Positions 39,831-50,505 of a DNA stretch of 64,000 nt are shown here, piece after piece; position 1 is the stretch's first letter; every line of letters begins with the position of its first letter. Location: NCBI GenBank assembly GCA_018434945.1, contig JAHDOI010000009.1, positions 3,087-67,086 on the forward strand, written 5' to 3'. Origin of the DNA: Selenomonadales bacterium (GTDB lineage: Bacteria > Bacillota > Negativicutes > Sporomusales > UBA7701). A model generated the notes under the pieces. The model was not told where the DNA came from and did no database searches. It saw only the letters and a program-made list of their open reading frames with translations. Made by a program: the position numbers and the translations under genes.

Positions 39831-40937
39831 TCAGTCCCTCAAAATCATATTGGCAAGCTTGGCGGGGTTGGCCATCTCGATATCGTCCGGCACGTTCTGG
39901 CCGGTAGTGATATACGACAACGTCGTCGGAAACTGGTACAGCAGATTGAACAGCGTGCCCAGATTCGTCGCCTCGTCGATCTTCGTGAACAGAAACTTCT
40001 GCGGCGAACAGACGGAAAAGCGGTTGACGGTTTCCAGCGCATCGGCGTACTTCGTGGTTGTGCTAAGCACCAAATGGGTTTCGATATAAGGATCGACCGC
40101 CAGCAGCGCTTGCAGCTCGGCAAGCTGATAATGGTTGCGGGGGCTGCGGCCGGCCGTGTCGATAAGCACCAGACGTTTGTCGCGGTGCCGGTACAGGGCG
40201 GCCTTCATCTCGTCGGGCGTATAGACGATCTCCAGCGGAACATCGATGATATCGGCGTACGTCTTGAGCTGCTCCACCGCGGAAATCCGGTATGTATCGG
40301 CGGTCACCACCGCCACCTTCAGACCCTGGCCGAAGGCGAAATTGGCGGCCAGCTTGGCGATGGTCGTAGTCTTGCCGACCCCGGTCGGGCCGATAAAAGC
40401 CACGATCTTGCAGCCGGTCTCGGGGACGACGATGCCCTCCACCCGCTGCAGGTGGTTGGTCACGCGCTCGAGGAGCAACTGGCGCACGAACGCCGGGTTA
40501 TTGCCGGTGAGCGGGCCATCGTCAGGCAGACCCTGAACGAGATTCTCGGCGATCGCGGCATCGACATCGTTCTTCACCAACAAATCGTAAAGCGGGTGAT
40601 GCTGTTTCTCCTGGCGCGGCAGCTTGGCCAGCACCTGCTCGATCAGCTTGCGCATATTGGAAAGCTCCAGCTGGAGAGCGGTAACCTTGGCGTCCTCGTC
40701 GCTCGGCCGCGGCAGGACGACCGCCTGCGGGGCGGGCGCCTTGCGTTCGGGCGCGGGGGCTGGCGGCGGCGTGTCGAGCGCGGCCATAACCTCCACCATC
40801 TCCTTGCCGAAGAAACCGAGGAACCCGCCGCGGCGGAAACGGCGCGTGTGAAGGATGACGGCGTCCCGCCCGAGGTCGCCCTTCACCTGGGCCATGGCGT
40901 CCTGTATATTGCTGGCCGTAAAAACCTTGACCTTCAC
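39831..40937 (-). CDS. flhF: Flagellar biosynthesis SRP-family GTPase
   Basis: GPTGVGKTTT, DTAGR, TKIDE. Confidence 0.97.
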   Translation of the reverse strand: MKVKVFTASNIQDAMAQVKGDLGRDAVILHTRRFRRGGFLGFFGKEMVEVMAALDTPPPAPAPERKAPAPQAVVLPRPSDEDAKVTALQLELSNMRKLIEQVLAKLPRQEKQHHPLYDLLVKNDVDAAIAENLVQGLPDDGPLTGNNPAFVRQLLLERVTNHLQRVEGIVVPETGCKIVAFIGPTGVGKTTTIAKLAANFAFGQGLKVAVVTADTYRISAVEQLKTYADIIDVPLEIVYTPDEMKAALYRHRDKRLVLIDTAGRSPRNHYQLAELQALLAVDPYIETHLVLSTTTKYADALETVNRFSVCSPQKFLFTKIDEATNLGTLFNLLYQFPTTLSYITTGQNVPDDIEMANPAKLANMILRD

Positions 40938-43001
40938 TTAAATCCTCACCATCCCAACAGCTTGTACTTCGATCTTCGGATCAAGCTCGGCGTACGACAG
41001 GACGACCAGATTAGGCGCCACACGCTCGGTCACCTTGCGGAAATACAGCCTGGTGGCCGGGCTCGCCAGCACCACCGGCTGATAGCCGAGATTAGTGAGT
41101 TTCGGCAACTCGTTCGACAGGCTGTTGACGATCGCCTGGACCGTCGACGGGTCGAGAGCGACGTAAGAACCTTGCTCGGTCCGCTGGACCGCGCCGTTGA
41201 TGAGATTCTCGAGTTGGGGATCAACCGTCAGACAGGCCAGCACATTGTTATAAATGAACTGTCGCGATATCTGGCGGGCCAGCGCGTGGCGCACATACTC
41301 AGCCAGCACCTCGGTATCCTTCGTGGCTGGAGCGTAATCGGCGAGCGTCTCGAAAATGGTCACAAGGTCGCGGATGGAAATCCGTTCGCGGAGCAGATTC
41401 GCCAGCACCTTCTGGATATCGCCCAGCGACATCATATTGGGCACAAGCTCGTCCACCACCGCCGGATTCGACTGCCTGACAGACTCGACGAGCGTCTGGA
41501 CCTCCTGGCGGCCGATGATCTCGGCGGCGTGTCCCTTGATAACCTCCGTGAGGTGGGTCGCCAGCACCGACACCGGATCGACGACCGTATAACCCGACAG
41601 CTCAGCCTGCTCGCGCTCGTTTTCCTGAATCCACAGCGCGGGCAAACCGAACGCGGGCTCGAACGTCTCAACGCCGCTGATTTCCTCCGACACCGTGCCC
41701 GGGTTCATAGCCATATAATGATCGGGCAGCAATTCGCCTTTGGCCACCTCCACCCCGCGCAGCTTGATGACATAAGCGTTGGGCTTCAGCTGGATATTGT
41801 CGCGGATGCGGATGGTCGGCACAACCAGGCCGAGCTCGAGGGCGCACTGGCGGCGGATCATCACGATCCTGTCCAGCAGATCGCCGCCCTGGCTGACATC
41901 GACCATCGGGATGAGACTGTAACCGATCTCCAGTTCCATCGGGTCGACAGCCAGCAGTGAAACGACATTCTCCGGCTTGCGCACCTCTTCGATCTCCTTC
42001 TCCTCGCGGCGGGTGACCTCTGTCGCCGCGTCGCTCTTCGCGGTGCGCATCAGTACGAAAGCGATCGCCCCACATAAGAGACTCAGGATGAAAAACGGCA
42101 GCCCCGGCAGGCCGGGCACCAGCGCGAGGCCGAGCAGGACGGCGGCGGCGATCATAAACACGCGCGGGTTTGTCAGCAGCTGGCCGACGATATCGTGGCC
42201 GAGGTTGACATCGGAAGCGGCGCGGGTAACGACGATGCCCGTCGCCGTCGAAATGAGCAGCGCCGGGATCTGATTGACGAGACCCTCGCCAACCGTCAGC
42301 AGCGTATACGTGGAAAGCGCCTGGAGGATATCCATATTGCGCTGCAGCATGCCGATGGCAAAACCGCCGACGATATTGATAATGATAATGATGATAGCGG
42401 CGATCGCGTCGCCTTTGACAAACTTGCTGGCGCCGTCCATCGCGCCGTAAAAATCCGCCTCCCGCTGGATATTGCGGCGGCGCACCCGCGCCTCGGCATC
42501 ATTGATAAGGCCGGCGTTCAGATCGGCATCGATGCTCATCTGCTTGCCCGGCATGGCGTCCAGTGTGAAACGGGCGGCAACCTCCGCGACACGCTCGGCG
42601 CCGCGGGTGATAACGATAAACTGGATAATGATCAGGATGACGAACACGATGAAACCGACCAACGCGTTGCCGCCGACGACGAAATTGCCGAACGCCAGGA
42701 TGACGTCGCCGGCATAACCGTCAAGCAGGATGAGCCGTGTCGACGACACATTCAGCGACAGGCGAAACAGCGTCGTAATAAGCAGCAGCGACGGGAAAAC
42801 GGATAACTGCAGCGGTTCGGTGTTATAAATCGACACCATCACGATGATAAGCGCGAACGTGATGTTGAAAGTCAGCAGGATATCGAGCAGCATCGGCGGC
42901 ACGGGGATGATCATCATCACCACGACAGTGATGATGGCGATGGCGATAAAAATGTCGCTGTAGCGTAAAATCGACGCGAATGGTGAAGTTTGCGCTGCCA
43001 C
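40938..43001 (-). CDS. flhA: Flagellar export gate protein FlhA
   Basis: RFTLDAMPGKQMSIDADL, FYGAMDGASKFVKGD. Confidence 0.99.
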   Translation of the reverse strand: MAAQTSPFASILRYSDIFIAIAIITVVVMMIIPVPPMLLDILLTFNITFALIIVMVSIYNTEPLQLSVFPSLLLITTLFRLSLNVSSTRLILLDGYAGDVILAFGNFVVGGNALVGFIVFVILIIIQFIVITRGAERVAEVAARFTLDAMPGKQMSIDADLNAGLINDAEARVRRRNIQREADFYGAMDGASKFVKGDAIAAIIIIIINIVGGFAIGMLQRNMDILQALSTYTLLTVGEGLVNQIPALLISTATGIVVTRAASDVNLGHDIVGQLLTNPRVFMIAAAVLLGLALVPGLPGLPFFILSLLCGAIAFVLMRTAKSDAATEVTRREEKEIEEVRKPENVVSLLAVDPMELEIGYSLIPMVDVSQGGDLLDRIVMIRRQCALELGLVVPTIRIRDNIQLKPNAYVIKLRGVEVAKGELLPDHYMAMNPGTVSEEISGVETFEPAFGLPALWIQENEREQAELSGYTVVDPVSVLATHLTEVIKGHAAEIIGRQEVQTLVESVRQSNPAVVDELVPNMMSLGDIQKVLANLLRERISIRDLVTIFETLADYAPATKDTEVLAEYVRHALARQISRQFIYNNVLACLTVDPQLENLINGAVQRTEQGSYVALDPSTVQAIVNSLSNELPKLTNLGYQPVVLASPATRLYFRKVTERVAPNLVVLSYAELDPKIEVQAVGMVRI

Positions 43002-43111
43002 CTGTCTCCGCTCCTTCCTCTGCGCACCGTTTGCGGCGAACTCTGCCGCAGACGAAATGCTTTATAGCGAATTTGCCCGCTCGGGCCGGACGGTCCTTGC
43101 TCCCGTGATGG

Positions 43112-44257
43112 TCAGGACAACCGGCGCTTCAGCCTGAAGACGTACGCCAGCACCTCGGCGACAGCCTGGTAAAGCTCGGACGGTATGGCCTCCCCCACCT
43201 CCACGGTGGAATAAAGAGCGCGGGCCAATGGCTTGTTCTCGACCACGGCCACCCTGTTCTCCCTCGCCACCTGCTTGATGCGCTCGGCGAGGAAATCCTG
43301 CCCTTTGGCGATAACCTCGGGGGCGGCCATCGTCTTCTCATATCTTATCGCCACCGCGAAGTGGGTCGGGTTGGTGATAACCGCGGTCGCCTTCGGCACC
43401 TCCTGCATCATCCGCCGCATCGCAACCGCCCGCTGGCGTTCCTTGATCTTGCCCTTGATCTGCGGGTTGCCCTCCGTCTGCTTAAACTCTTCCTTGATCT
43501 CCTGCTTGGACATCTTCAGGCTCTTGTTGTGTTCCCACCATTGGTAGAAATAATCCGCCGCGGCAAGCACGAGGATGACCGCGCCGATCTCCAGCGCCAG
43601 GTCCGCGACCAGGCCGGCGGAATAGCGCAGCGAATCCATCAGGTCGGCGCCGATGAGCTGCGGCACCAAGGCTGTCTCACGCATAATGAAACGGTACACG
43701 AAATAAGATATGATGCTGATTTTCAGCAGCGCCTTCACCATCTCGACCAGGGACCTTAGCGAAAAAAGACGCTGGAAGCCTTTAATGGGATTGACGCGGT
43801 CGAGCTGCGGCATCAGGGGTTCGAACGACAAAACGAACCCCACCTGCAGTATATTCACCGCCAGCGAAATGACGAGCACCGTCAGCATCACCGGCAGGAC
43901 AGCCTTCAGAAAAACCACGCCCAGCTGCAGAATAAGCAAATACACCTGGTTGATCGAGAAATCGGCGGTGGACAAGCTCGTGAACATCAGCCGCATATAC
44001 GACGCAAGCAGATCGTACATATACGGCCCCAGCATCTTCAGCGCCAGGAACGCCGACAGGATGATGAACGCCGAACTTATCTCGTTGCTCTTGGCGACCT
44101 GCCCCTTCTTGCGGGCCTCTTCCTTGCGTTTCGGAGTGGCTTCTTCCGTCTTCTCCTGATTGAAAAGCTGCAGATCGAAAACGGTCAGCTTGTACCGGTG
44201 CCGTCCGCCGTCAGCGGACAGCCTCCAGGAAGCGGTAGAGGTCCTGATACATCCCAT
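43112..44257 (-). CDS. flhB: Flagellar export protein FlhB
   Basis: EKTEEATP, NPTH autocleavage motif. Start ATG lies inside fliR with SD GGAGGTG 7 nt upstream. Confidence 0.97.
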   Translation of the reverse strand: MGCIRTSTASWRLSADGGRHRYKLTVFDLQLFNQEKTEEATPKRKEEARKKGQVAKSNEISSAFIILSAFLALKMLGPYMYDLLASYMRLMFTSLSTADFSINQVYLLILQLGVVFLKAVLPVMLTVLVISLAVNILQVGFVLSFEPLMPQLDRVNPIKGFQRLFSLRSLVEMVKALLKISIISYFVYRFIMRETALVPQLIGADLMDSLRYSAGLVADLALEIGAVILVLAAADYFYQWWEHNKSLKMSKQEIKEEFKQTEGNPQIKGKIKERQRAVAMRRMMQEVPKATAVITNPTHFAVAIRYEKTMAAPEVIAKGQDFLAERIKQVARENRVAVVENKPLARALYSTVEVGEAIPSELYQAVAEVLAYVFRLKRRLS

Positions 44258-44990
44258 TGAAGCCCACCTCCATCACCGCGATATAGAACGGCAGCGCCAT
44301 CATCATGGCGAAAATGCCGATAATCAGCTTGGCCGGGATACCGATGACAAAAATGTTCATCTGCGGCATAGTGCGCGCCAGAATGCCGAACGCCACATCC
44401 GCCAGCACCAGCGACGCCAGCACCGGCACCGTTATCTTGAAGGCAATCATGAAAGCCCCGCTGACAAGCTTCACGATGAACCCGGCCAGCGATGCCGGGA
44501 TAACCACCCCGGTCACCGGCACCAGCTTAAAACTGGCCACAAGAGCGCTCAGCAGCACATGGTGGCCATTCGTCGCCAGGAACACCATCAGCGCCAGGAT
44601 ATACTTGAAATTGCCCAGGAGCGGGACCTGCTGACCGAACTGCGGATCGAAAACATTCACGATGCCGAAGCCGATCTGCATATCGAGAACATGGCCGGCC
44701 ATCTGGACGGCATGCATGATAAGCGAACTGACAAAACCGAAAATTAGTCCGAGGAGAAACTCTCCGGCCACCAGGGCGGCGTAGGCCAGCACAGTGTCAG
44801 GAATCGCCACGCCTGACGAATAAACGACCGGGAACAGGATATACGACAGCAGCAGCGACAGGCCGGCCTTGGCATACCCCGGGATATTAGCGCTGCCGAG
44901 GAAGGGTGCCAGCGAAAAAATACCGGAAACGCGGGCGAAAATCAGCAGGAAAAAACTCGTCTGATTGAGGAGGACCGCAACAATATCCAC
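44211..44990 (-). CDS. fliR: Flagellar export protein FliR
   Basis: GHVLDMQIGF, NGHHVL, RTMPQMNIF. Confidence 0.97.
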   Translation of the reverse strand: MDIVAVLLNQTSFFLLIFARVSGIFSLAPFLGSANIPGYAKAGLSLLLSYILFPVVYSSGVAIPDTVLAYAALVAGEFLLGLIFGFVSSLIMHAVQMAGHVLDMQIGFGIVNVFDPQFGQQVPLLGNFKYILALMVFLATNGHHVLLSALVASFKLVPVTGVVIPASLAGFIVKLVSGAFMIAFKITVPVLASLVLADVAFGILARTMPQMNIFVIGIPAKLIIGIFAMMMALPFYIAVMEVGFNGMYQDLYRFLEAVR

Positions 44991-45008
44991 CCGCTCTCCC
45001 CACCCCCG

Positions 45009-45278
45009 CTAACGAATCATCTGCGGCATATTCATAAGCAACTCGCGGGTGTACCCGACCATCAGGCTGAGCATCCACGGCCCGAACAACAGCACCGCCA
45101 CAAACACGGCCACGATCTTCGGCACAAAGCTGAGCGTCTGCTCCTGAATCTGGGTAATCGCCTGAAAAATGCTGACAAGAATGCCCACCAACAGGCCCAG
45201 GCCGAGCATCGGCGCCGAAACCAGCATAACCATCACAAGCGCGTCGCGGCCTATCTGGATCGCCAGATCGTTGGACAT
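45009..45278 (-). CDS. fliQ: Flagellar export protein FliQ
   Basis: FQAITQIQEQTLSFVPK. Confidence 0.98.
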   Translation of the reverse strand: MSNDLAIQIGRDALVMVMLVSAPMLGLGLLVGILVSIFQAITQIQEQTLSFVPKIVAVFVAVLLFGPWMLSLMVGYTRELLMNMPQMIR

Positions 45279-45290
45279 CGCCTTACCCTC

Positions 45291-46052
45291 CTAATTGAAG
45301 CTCGTCACCAGCGACCTGATAACCAGATGCCAGCCATCGACGAGAATGAACAGCAAAATCTTGAACGGCAGCGAAATCATCACCGGCGGCACCATCATCA
45401 TCCCCATCGACATCAACGTAGAGGCCACGACCATATCGATGACGATAAAGGGTATATAAATGAGAAAACCGATCTGGAAAGCGGTTTTAAGCTCACTTAT
45501 GACAAAAGCGGGGATCAGCGAGGACGTCGGCACATCCTCCTGGGAATTCGGGCGGGGCGCGTCGGAAATATTGATGAACAGCGCCAGATCGTTCTCCCTT
45601 GTCTGCTTGAACATAAACTCGCGCATCGGCTTCATCGCCGCCGTCATCGCCGTTTCCTGGTTCATCGTCCCCGCGATATAAGGCTGCAGCGCATTCTGGT
45701 TCACCTGGTCCCAGTAAGGCGACATCGTGAAAAACGTCAAAAACAGCGCCAGCCCGACCAGCACCTGATTGGGCGGCATCTGTTGCGTCGCAAGGGCGCT
45801 GCGCAGAAAAGACAGAACAACGATAATGCGGGTAAAAGAAGTCATCATTATTAAAATTGACGGTGCCAGCGAAAGCACAGTCAATACGAAGAGAACCTGG
45901 AGGCTCAAAGCGACATCGCGGGGGTTGTTGGCCGCTTCGACGCCGATGTTGATATTGGGCACAGGGACAAGCGGAGCGCCCTGAGCCGCGGCCTGAGCGA
46001 ACAGGCACAGGCATGCGGTCAAACCGGTTATCGTTGCAAGGCGTCTGGACAC
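45291..46052 (-). CDS. fliP: Flagellar export protein FliP
   Basis: [36 protein letters not shown] start placed at 46052. Confidence 0.98.
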   Translation of the reverse strand: MSRRLATITGLTACLCLFAQAAAQGAPLVPVPNINIGVEAANNPRDVALSLQVLFVLTVLSLAPSILIMMTSFTRIIVVLSFLRSALATQQMPPNQVLVGLALFLTFFTMSPYWDQVNQNALQPYIAGTMNQETAMTAAMKPMREFMFKQTRENDLALFINISDAPRPNSQEDVPTSSLIPAFVISELKTAFQIGFLIYIPFIVIDMVVASTLMSMGMMMVPPVMISLPFKILLFILVDGWHLVIRSLVTSFN

Positions 46053-46056
46053 TAGC

Positions 46057-46608
46057 TTACCTCTTCTCGCGGTCGTTTTCATTGTCACCCCGGCTGTACT
46101 GGCCGAAAACACCCGGGAACTTGTTGGACATCTGCTGCAAAGATGCAAGCTGCCGTTTGAAAACAGTGTCGAACTGACTGGGCGCCAGCGACGGAGCCGT
46201 GGAGCGGAGCTTCTCGATCATCGCGGGATCGGTGATCTCCTGCAGGAAATTGACGCTGTGGTCGGTAACGCCCAAGACCAAAAATTTGCCGGCCACCTCC
46301 ACCACGAACACCCCCCGGTTTTGGCCGAGCGGCAGAGACACCAGCACCCGGTTGTCACCCGCGCCGCTGAAGCGCCCCATCCTCTGTCCCAAAAAGCGGG
46401 ACGTGAAGAAAGCGAGCGCGATCACGACGGCAAAGGTCACCAGCAATGTGAAAAGATAAGCGACGGTTGAAAGCCATGACGAACCGGCCGGCTTGGGCTC
46501 CTGATAAGGCAGGTACTCCCCGCCCTGCCCTGCCGCCAGCACCGTGCCGCACAGACAGAGCACCGCCAAAAACACGGCCGATACCCGCCAAAAGCAAAAT
46601 CTGCTCAT
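46057..46608 (-). CDS. fliO: FliO/FliZ-family flagellar protein
   Basis: TM then [24 protein letters not shown]; between cheY and fliP. Start placed at 46608. Confidence 0.85.
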   Translation of the reverse strand: MSRFCFWRVSAVFLAVLCLCGTVLAAGQGGEYLPYQEPKPAGSSWLSTVAYLFTLLVTFAVVIALAFFTSRFLGQRMGRFSGAGDNRVLVSLPLGQNRGVFVVEVAGKFLVLGVTDHSVNFLQEITDPAMIEKLRSTAPSLAPSQFDTVFKRQLASLQQMSNKFPGVFGQYSRGDNENDREKR

Positions 46609-46609
46609 A

Positions 46610-46972
46610 TCAACCGATGGCTTTGCGGATCGCTTCCAACACCCTGTCCGGCTGGAAAGGCTTGACGATGAAATCGCGGGCGCCGGACTGGATGGCCTCG
46701 ATAACCATCGCCTGCTGGCCCATCGCGCTGCACATGATAACCTTCGCATTGGGGTCGATCTTCTTGATCTGCTTCACGGCAGAAATGCCGTCCATCTCAG
46801 GCATGGTAATATCCATCGTCGTCAGATCGGGGCGCAGCTCCTGAAACTTCTCCACCGCCTTCGCGCCGTTCTCCGCCTCGCCCACGACCTCGAACCCGTT
46901 CTTGCTCAGGATATCCTTGATCATCATCCGCATGAAAGCCGCATCGTCCACAATAAGGACCTTAATAGCCAT
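46610..46972 (-). CDS. cheY: Chemotaxis response regulator
   Basis: VLIVDDAAFMR, MDITMP, KPF. Confidence 0.97.
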   Translation of the reverse strand: MAIKVLIVDDAAFMRMMIKDILSKNGFEVVGEAENGAKAVEKFQELRPDLTTMDITMPEMDGISAVKQIKKIDPNAKVIMCSAMGQQAMVIEAIQSGARDFIVKPFQPDRVLEAIRKAIG

Positions 46973-47008
46973 AGAACATTCTCTCCCTCTCAAAAATTCG
47001 TCTGTTGA

Positions 47009-48169
47009 TTACTGCAGGGCCGTCCGGTCTAGCTGGCCGATAATCTCGGTGACCCGCACACCGAAATTCTCATCGATGACCACAACCTCGCCTTTGGCGA
47101 TCTGTTTGCCATTTACCAGGATATCCACAGGTTCGCCGGCCAACTTGTCGAGTTCGACCACCGAACCGGGGGCGAGTTCGAGAATCTCGCGGATGAGCTT
47201 GCGGGTACGGCCGAGTTCCACCGTAACCTGCAGCGGCACATCCAGGATCAGGCCGATATTCGTATCGGTCACCGGCAGCATCGCCGGCTTCAGCGGCGCG
47301 AACTGCACCGGCTGCACCACCACATTCGGCGGCAGGGCGGCAGACGCCATCGGCATCGCCACCATCGGCTGCGCCGCCGGCATCATCGGCTGAGGCACAG
47401 GCTGGGGAACAGGCTGCTGCATCGGCGCGGCCGCTGCGGCGGCCGGCATCGGAGCCGGCGCGGGAGCGGGTGCGGGAGCGGGTGCGGGCTGGCCGGTAGC
47501 GTTGGCCTCCACCACCCCGATAAGGTTCGCCACCATCTCCTTAGCCACATCGAGCGACACAAGCTGCATAATCTGGCTGTCGATCAGATCCTCGACCTCC
47601 ATGCGGAAAGAAACCTCCACCATCGGAGCATCGGGGCTCGTCACACTCGTGATGCTCGCGTCGCCCGAGAAATCCATCAGATTGCAGGCCGGCGGCGCGA
47701 TATCGATCTTCTTCTTGAAAACCGTCGACATCGACGTGGCCACCGAGCCCATCATCTGGTTCATCGCCTCGGACACCGCGCTCATATACAGCTCGTTCAG
47801 CTCGGACGGCGGGTTGGTTCCGTCGCCGCCCATCATCAGATCGGAGATGATCAGCGCGTCCGACTCTTTGATCGCCAGGATATTGCTGCCGATGAGGCCG
47901 TGGGTGTAACCCACCTCGATCACCAGGTACGGCAGCGGATACTGTTGCTTTATCTCATTAATGCTCGAAATGCGGACCTTCGGCGTGGTGATGGACACGC
48001 GGCGGCTCAGCAGGATCGACAGCGTCGTCGCCGCGCTGCCCATCGAGATATTGCCTATCTCGCCCATCGCGTCCTTCTCGATGTCGCTCAGATCCCCCTC
48101 GCTGCTCGCGACAGGTTCTCCGCGCAGCAAGACATCTATCTCTTCTTGCGATAGAAAGCCGTTATTCAT
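47009..48169 (-). CDS. fliY: Flagellar switch phosphatase FliY
   Basis: LSQEEID, EIGN and EAMN CheC-like motifs, C-terminal FliN domain. Confidence 0.96.
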   Translation of the reverse strand: MNNGFLSQEEIDVLLRGEPVASSEGDLSDIEKDAMGEIGNISMGSAATTLSILLSRRVSITTPKVRISSINEIKQQYPLPYLVIEVGYTHGLIGSNILAIKESDALIISDLMMGGDGTNPPSELNELYMSAVSEAMNQMMGSVATSMSTVFKKKIDIAPPACNLMDFSGDASITSVTSPDAPMVEVSFRMEVEDLIDSQIMQLVSLDVAKEMVANLIGVVEANATGQPAPAPAPAPAPAPMPAAAAAAPMQQPVPQPVPQPMMPAAQPMVAMPMASAALPPNVVVQPVQFAPLKPAMLPVTDTNIGLILDVPLQVTVELGRTRKLIREILELAPGSVVELDKLAGEPVDILVNGKQIAKGEVVVIDENFGVRVTEIIGQLDRTALQ

Positions 48170-49166
48170 CACCCTCATCTCCTTTGACAATAATCTCCGT
48201 AACCTGCACAGCCAGCTTCTTGCCGGAAATCCCCGGCGTGCAACGGAATTTCTCGTTGCTGCCGACGATAATTTTCAAATCCTCTTCAGCCCTCGTCTCC
48301 AGCTGAAGCACGTCGCCCGGGGCCAGGCCGAGCAGCTCGTGGACATTCACCCTGATACTGCCAAGCTCCACCACTATCGGGATGAGCGTTTTCTCCAGCT
48401 TGCGCTGCAGCGCGCTGATGCCCTCGTCCGTCGCCTGCTTGGCCATCGACGAAGCCACCCAGTAAGTGGTCGACAGCTTCGACATGATCGGCTCGAGCAC
48501 CAGATAAGGGATGCAGATGTTCAGCAGCCCTTCCGCCTGGCCGATCTTCGTCTGCAGCGTTATGATAACCACCATATCGTTCGGCGGCACGATCTGCGTG
48601 AACTGGGGATTGGTCTCGATGGCGTCCATCCGCGGCTCGAGAGAAATCACCTGCTTCCAGGCATCCGCGAAACTCTCCAGCGTCTTGCCCAGCACCCTCT
48701 TGACGATGACCTCCTCGATGTCGGTAAGCGGCCGGGGCTTCGCCGGAGCGGCGCCTGGCCCGCCGAACAGGCGGTCGATGATCGCGAACACGATATTGGG
48801 ATTAAGCTCCAGGAGCACGCTGCCCTTCAGCGGCCGCATCTGGAAGATGCTGATGACGCTGGGGTTTGGCAGCGAGCGGATGAACTCCTCGTATGTGAGC
48901 TGGTCTACCGACGCCACGTTGATATTCACGAACGAGCGAAGGTGGGCGGCCAGGTAAGTATTGAGAAGGCGGGCGAAATTCTCATGCAGCATATATAAAG
49001 TGCGGATTTGGTCCTTGGAGAACTTGTCCGGCCGTTTGAAATCGTAGACCTTGACCTTGCGCTGGGTCTGCTCGATCTTCATCTCTTCCGCCGAAACCAC
49101 GCCGGTCGACAAAGCCGATAAAAGCTCGTCTATCTCCGACTGGGAAAGCACGTCGGCACCTGCCAT
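48162..49166 (-). CDS. fliM: Flagellar motor switch protein FliM
   Basis: LSQSEIDELL, YDFKRPDKFSK. Confidence 0.99.
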   Translation of the reverse strand: MAGADVLSQSEIDELLSALSTGVVSAEEMKIEQTQRKVKVYDFKRPDKFSKDQIRTLYMLHENFARLLNTYLAAHLRSFVNINVASVDQLTYEEFIRSLPNPSVISIFQMRPLKGSVLLELNPNIVFAIIDRLFGGPGAAPAKPRPLTDIEEVIVKRVLGKTLESFADAWKQVISLEPRMDAIETNPQFTQIVPPNDMVVIITLQTKIGQAEGLLNICIPYLVLEPIMSKLSTTYWVASSMAKQATDEGISALQRKLEKTLIPIVVELGSIRVNVHELLGLAPGDVLQLETRAEEDLKIIVGSNEKFRCTPGISGKKLAVQVTEIIVKGDEGDE

Positions 49167-49196
49167 ATAACCACCTCCTTCCTCGCGGGGAACACC

Positions 49197-49670
49197 TTAT
49201 TGCAGCACGAAATTCGTGATAAACACCTCGTAAACCCGTTCCTCGCCGAGAGCGCGGTTCACCTCGGACTTGATAAGGTCCTTCAGGCGCTCCTGACGTG
49301 ACGGCTCGAAATCCTCCACCTTCTGGGACCGCAGCAGCTGAACCACCGCGTCTAGTGATTTAATTTCATCGGGGGAGGCGGCTTTTCCTCCTGCGGGCGG
49401 GGCATTCTTCGCAGGTTTTAGCTCCAAAATGACACCAATTTTCAAATATCGACCCGAGGTCACGCCGCCGATATTGACGATCAGCCCGTCCTTGGGATCG
49501 CCGAGCTTGAGAAATACGCCCGGCTCGCGCGGTGCCGGCTTGCCATCCGCCTTCGCGCTTATCACCTTCGTCGCGATGAAGTACGAGATACCGCCGGCCA
49601 ATATCAGCCCGACGACTATCAGCCCGACAATCAGCATCACGGAATACTTTCTGCCGCCTTCTTCGGCCAT
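49197..49670 (-). CDS. fliL: Flagellar basal-body-associated protein FliL
   Basis: N-terminal TM, IVNIGG, VFITNFVLQ. Confidence 0.93.
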   Translation of the reverse strand: MAEEGGRKYSVMLIVGLIVVGLILAGGISYFIATKVISAKADGKPAPREPGVFLKLGDPKDGLIVNIGGVTSGRYLKIGVILELKPAKNAPPAGGKAASPDEIKSLDAVVQLLRSQKVEDFEPSRQERLKDLIKSEVNRALGEERVYEVFITNFVLQ

Positions 49671-49712
49671 GCTACAACCCCTCCAGTCATGTTTATATCA
49701 GCGCTCAGGGCC

Positions 49713-50492
49713 CTATTCCTCGCCCTGGTCCTGCGATCTTTTCCTCTTCGTGGGCGCCAGGAAAGCCTCCAGCTTCTCCTCGACGATGCGCGGATTGTCA
49801 CCCGCCTGAACAGACAGAATGCCCTCCAGGGTAACCTCGTAAACAAGCACCTGGTGGGCGCTGCGGTTTTTGAGCTTGCCGGCGATCGGCAGGAAAAAGA
49901 TATTGGCTGAGAAAATGCCGTACAATGTGGCGAGGAATGCCGTGGAAATCGCCGGGCCGAGCGACTCGGTGTCCGAAAGATTGCCGAGCACGTGCACCAG
50001 CCCCATGACCGTGCCGATGATACCCATCGTCGGCGCGTAGCCGCCGGCGGCGTCGAAAATGCTCGCCCCCTTGTGGTGGCGCTCCTGGATGAAGGCCAGC
50101 TCCGTCTCCATGATACTGCGGACCAGTTCGGCGTCGGTGCCGTCGATAACCAGCTGCATGCCCTTCTTGAGGAACTTGTCCTCGATCGCGTTCAGGTCCT
50201 CTTCCAGGGCCAGCAGGCCCTCGCGGCGGGCCTTTTCGGCAAAGCTCACCAGCGTCGCTATCAGGCTCCCCAGATCGTGCTTCTCGTCCTTGAAGGCGAT
50301 GCGCATCAGCGTCGGCACCGTCTTCAGCTCTTCGAGCGTAAACCCGATGGCTGTGGCGCCGATCGTCCCGCCGAATATGACCACGAAAGCCGGCAGACTG
50401 ATAAGGCTGACAAGATGCCCGCCCTCCAGCACCACCGAAACCAGCAGCGCGCCGATACCGACCACCAAACCGAGAATTGTCGTCAGATCCAT
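49713..50492 (-). CDS. motA: Flagellar stator A subunit
   Basis: ARREGLLALE, APTMGIIGTVMGL, ATLYG, NPRIV. Confidence 0.96.
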   Translation of the reverse strand: MDLTTILGLVVGIGALLVSVVLEGGHLVSLISLPAFVVIFGGTIGATAIGFTLEELKTVPTLMRIAFKDEKHDLGSLIATLVSFAEKARREGLLALEEDLNAIEDKFLKKGMQLVIDGTDAELVRSIMETELAFIQERHHKGASIFDAAGGYAPTMGIIGTVMGLVHVLGNLSDTESLGPAISTAFLATLYGIFSANIFFLPIAGKLKNRSAHQVLVYEVTLEGILSVQAGDNPRIVEEKLEAFLAPTKRKRSQDQGEE

Positions 50493-50505
50493 GCCAACAC
50501 CTCAA

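Noticed and set aside
47390-47490. 12-nt tandem repeats in fliY (PAPAPA, QPVP)
   Set aside because: Ordinary Pro/Ala linker between the CheC-like and FliN domains, with only 2-3 copies.
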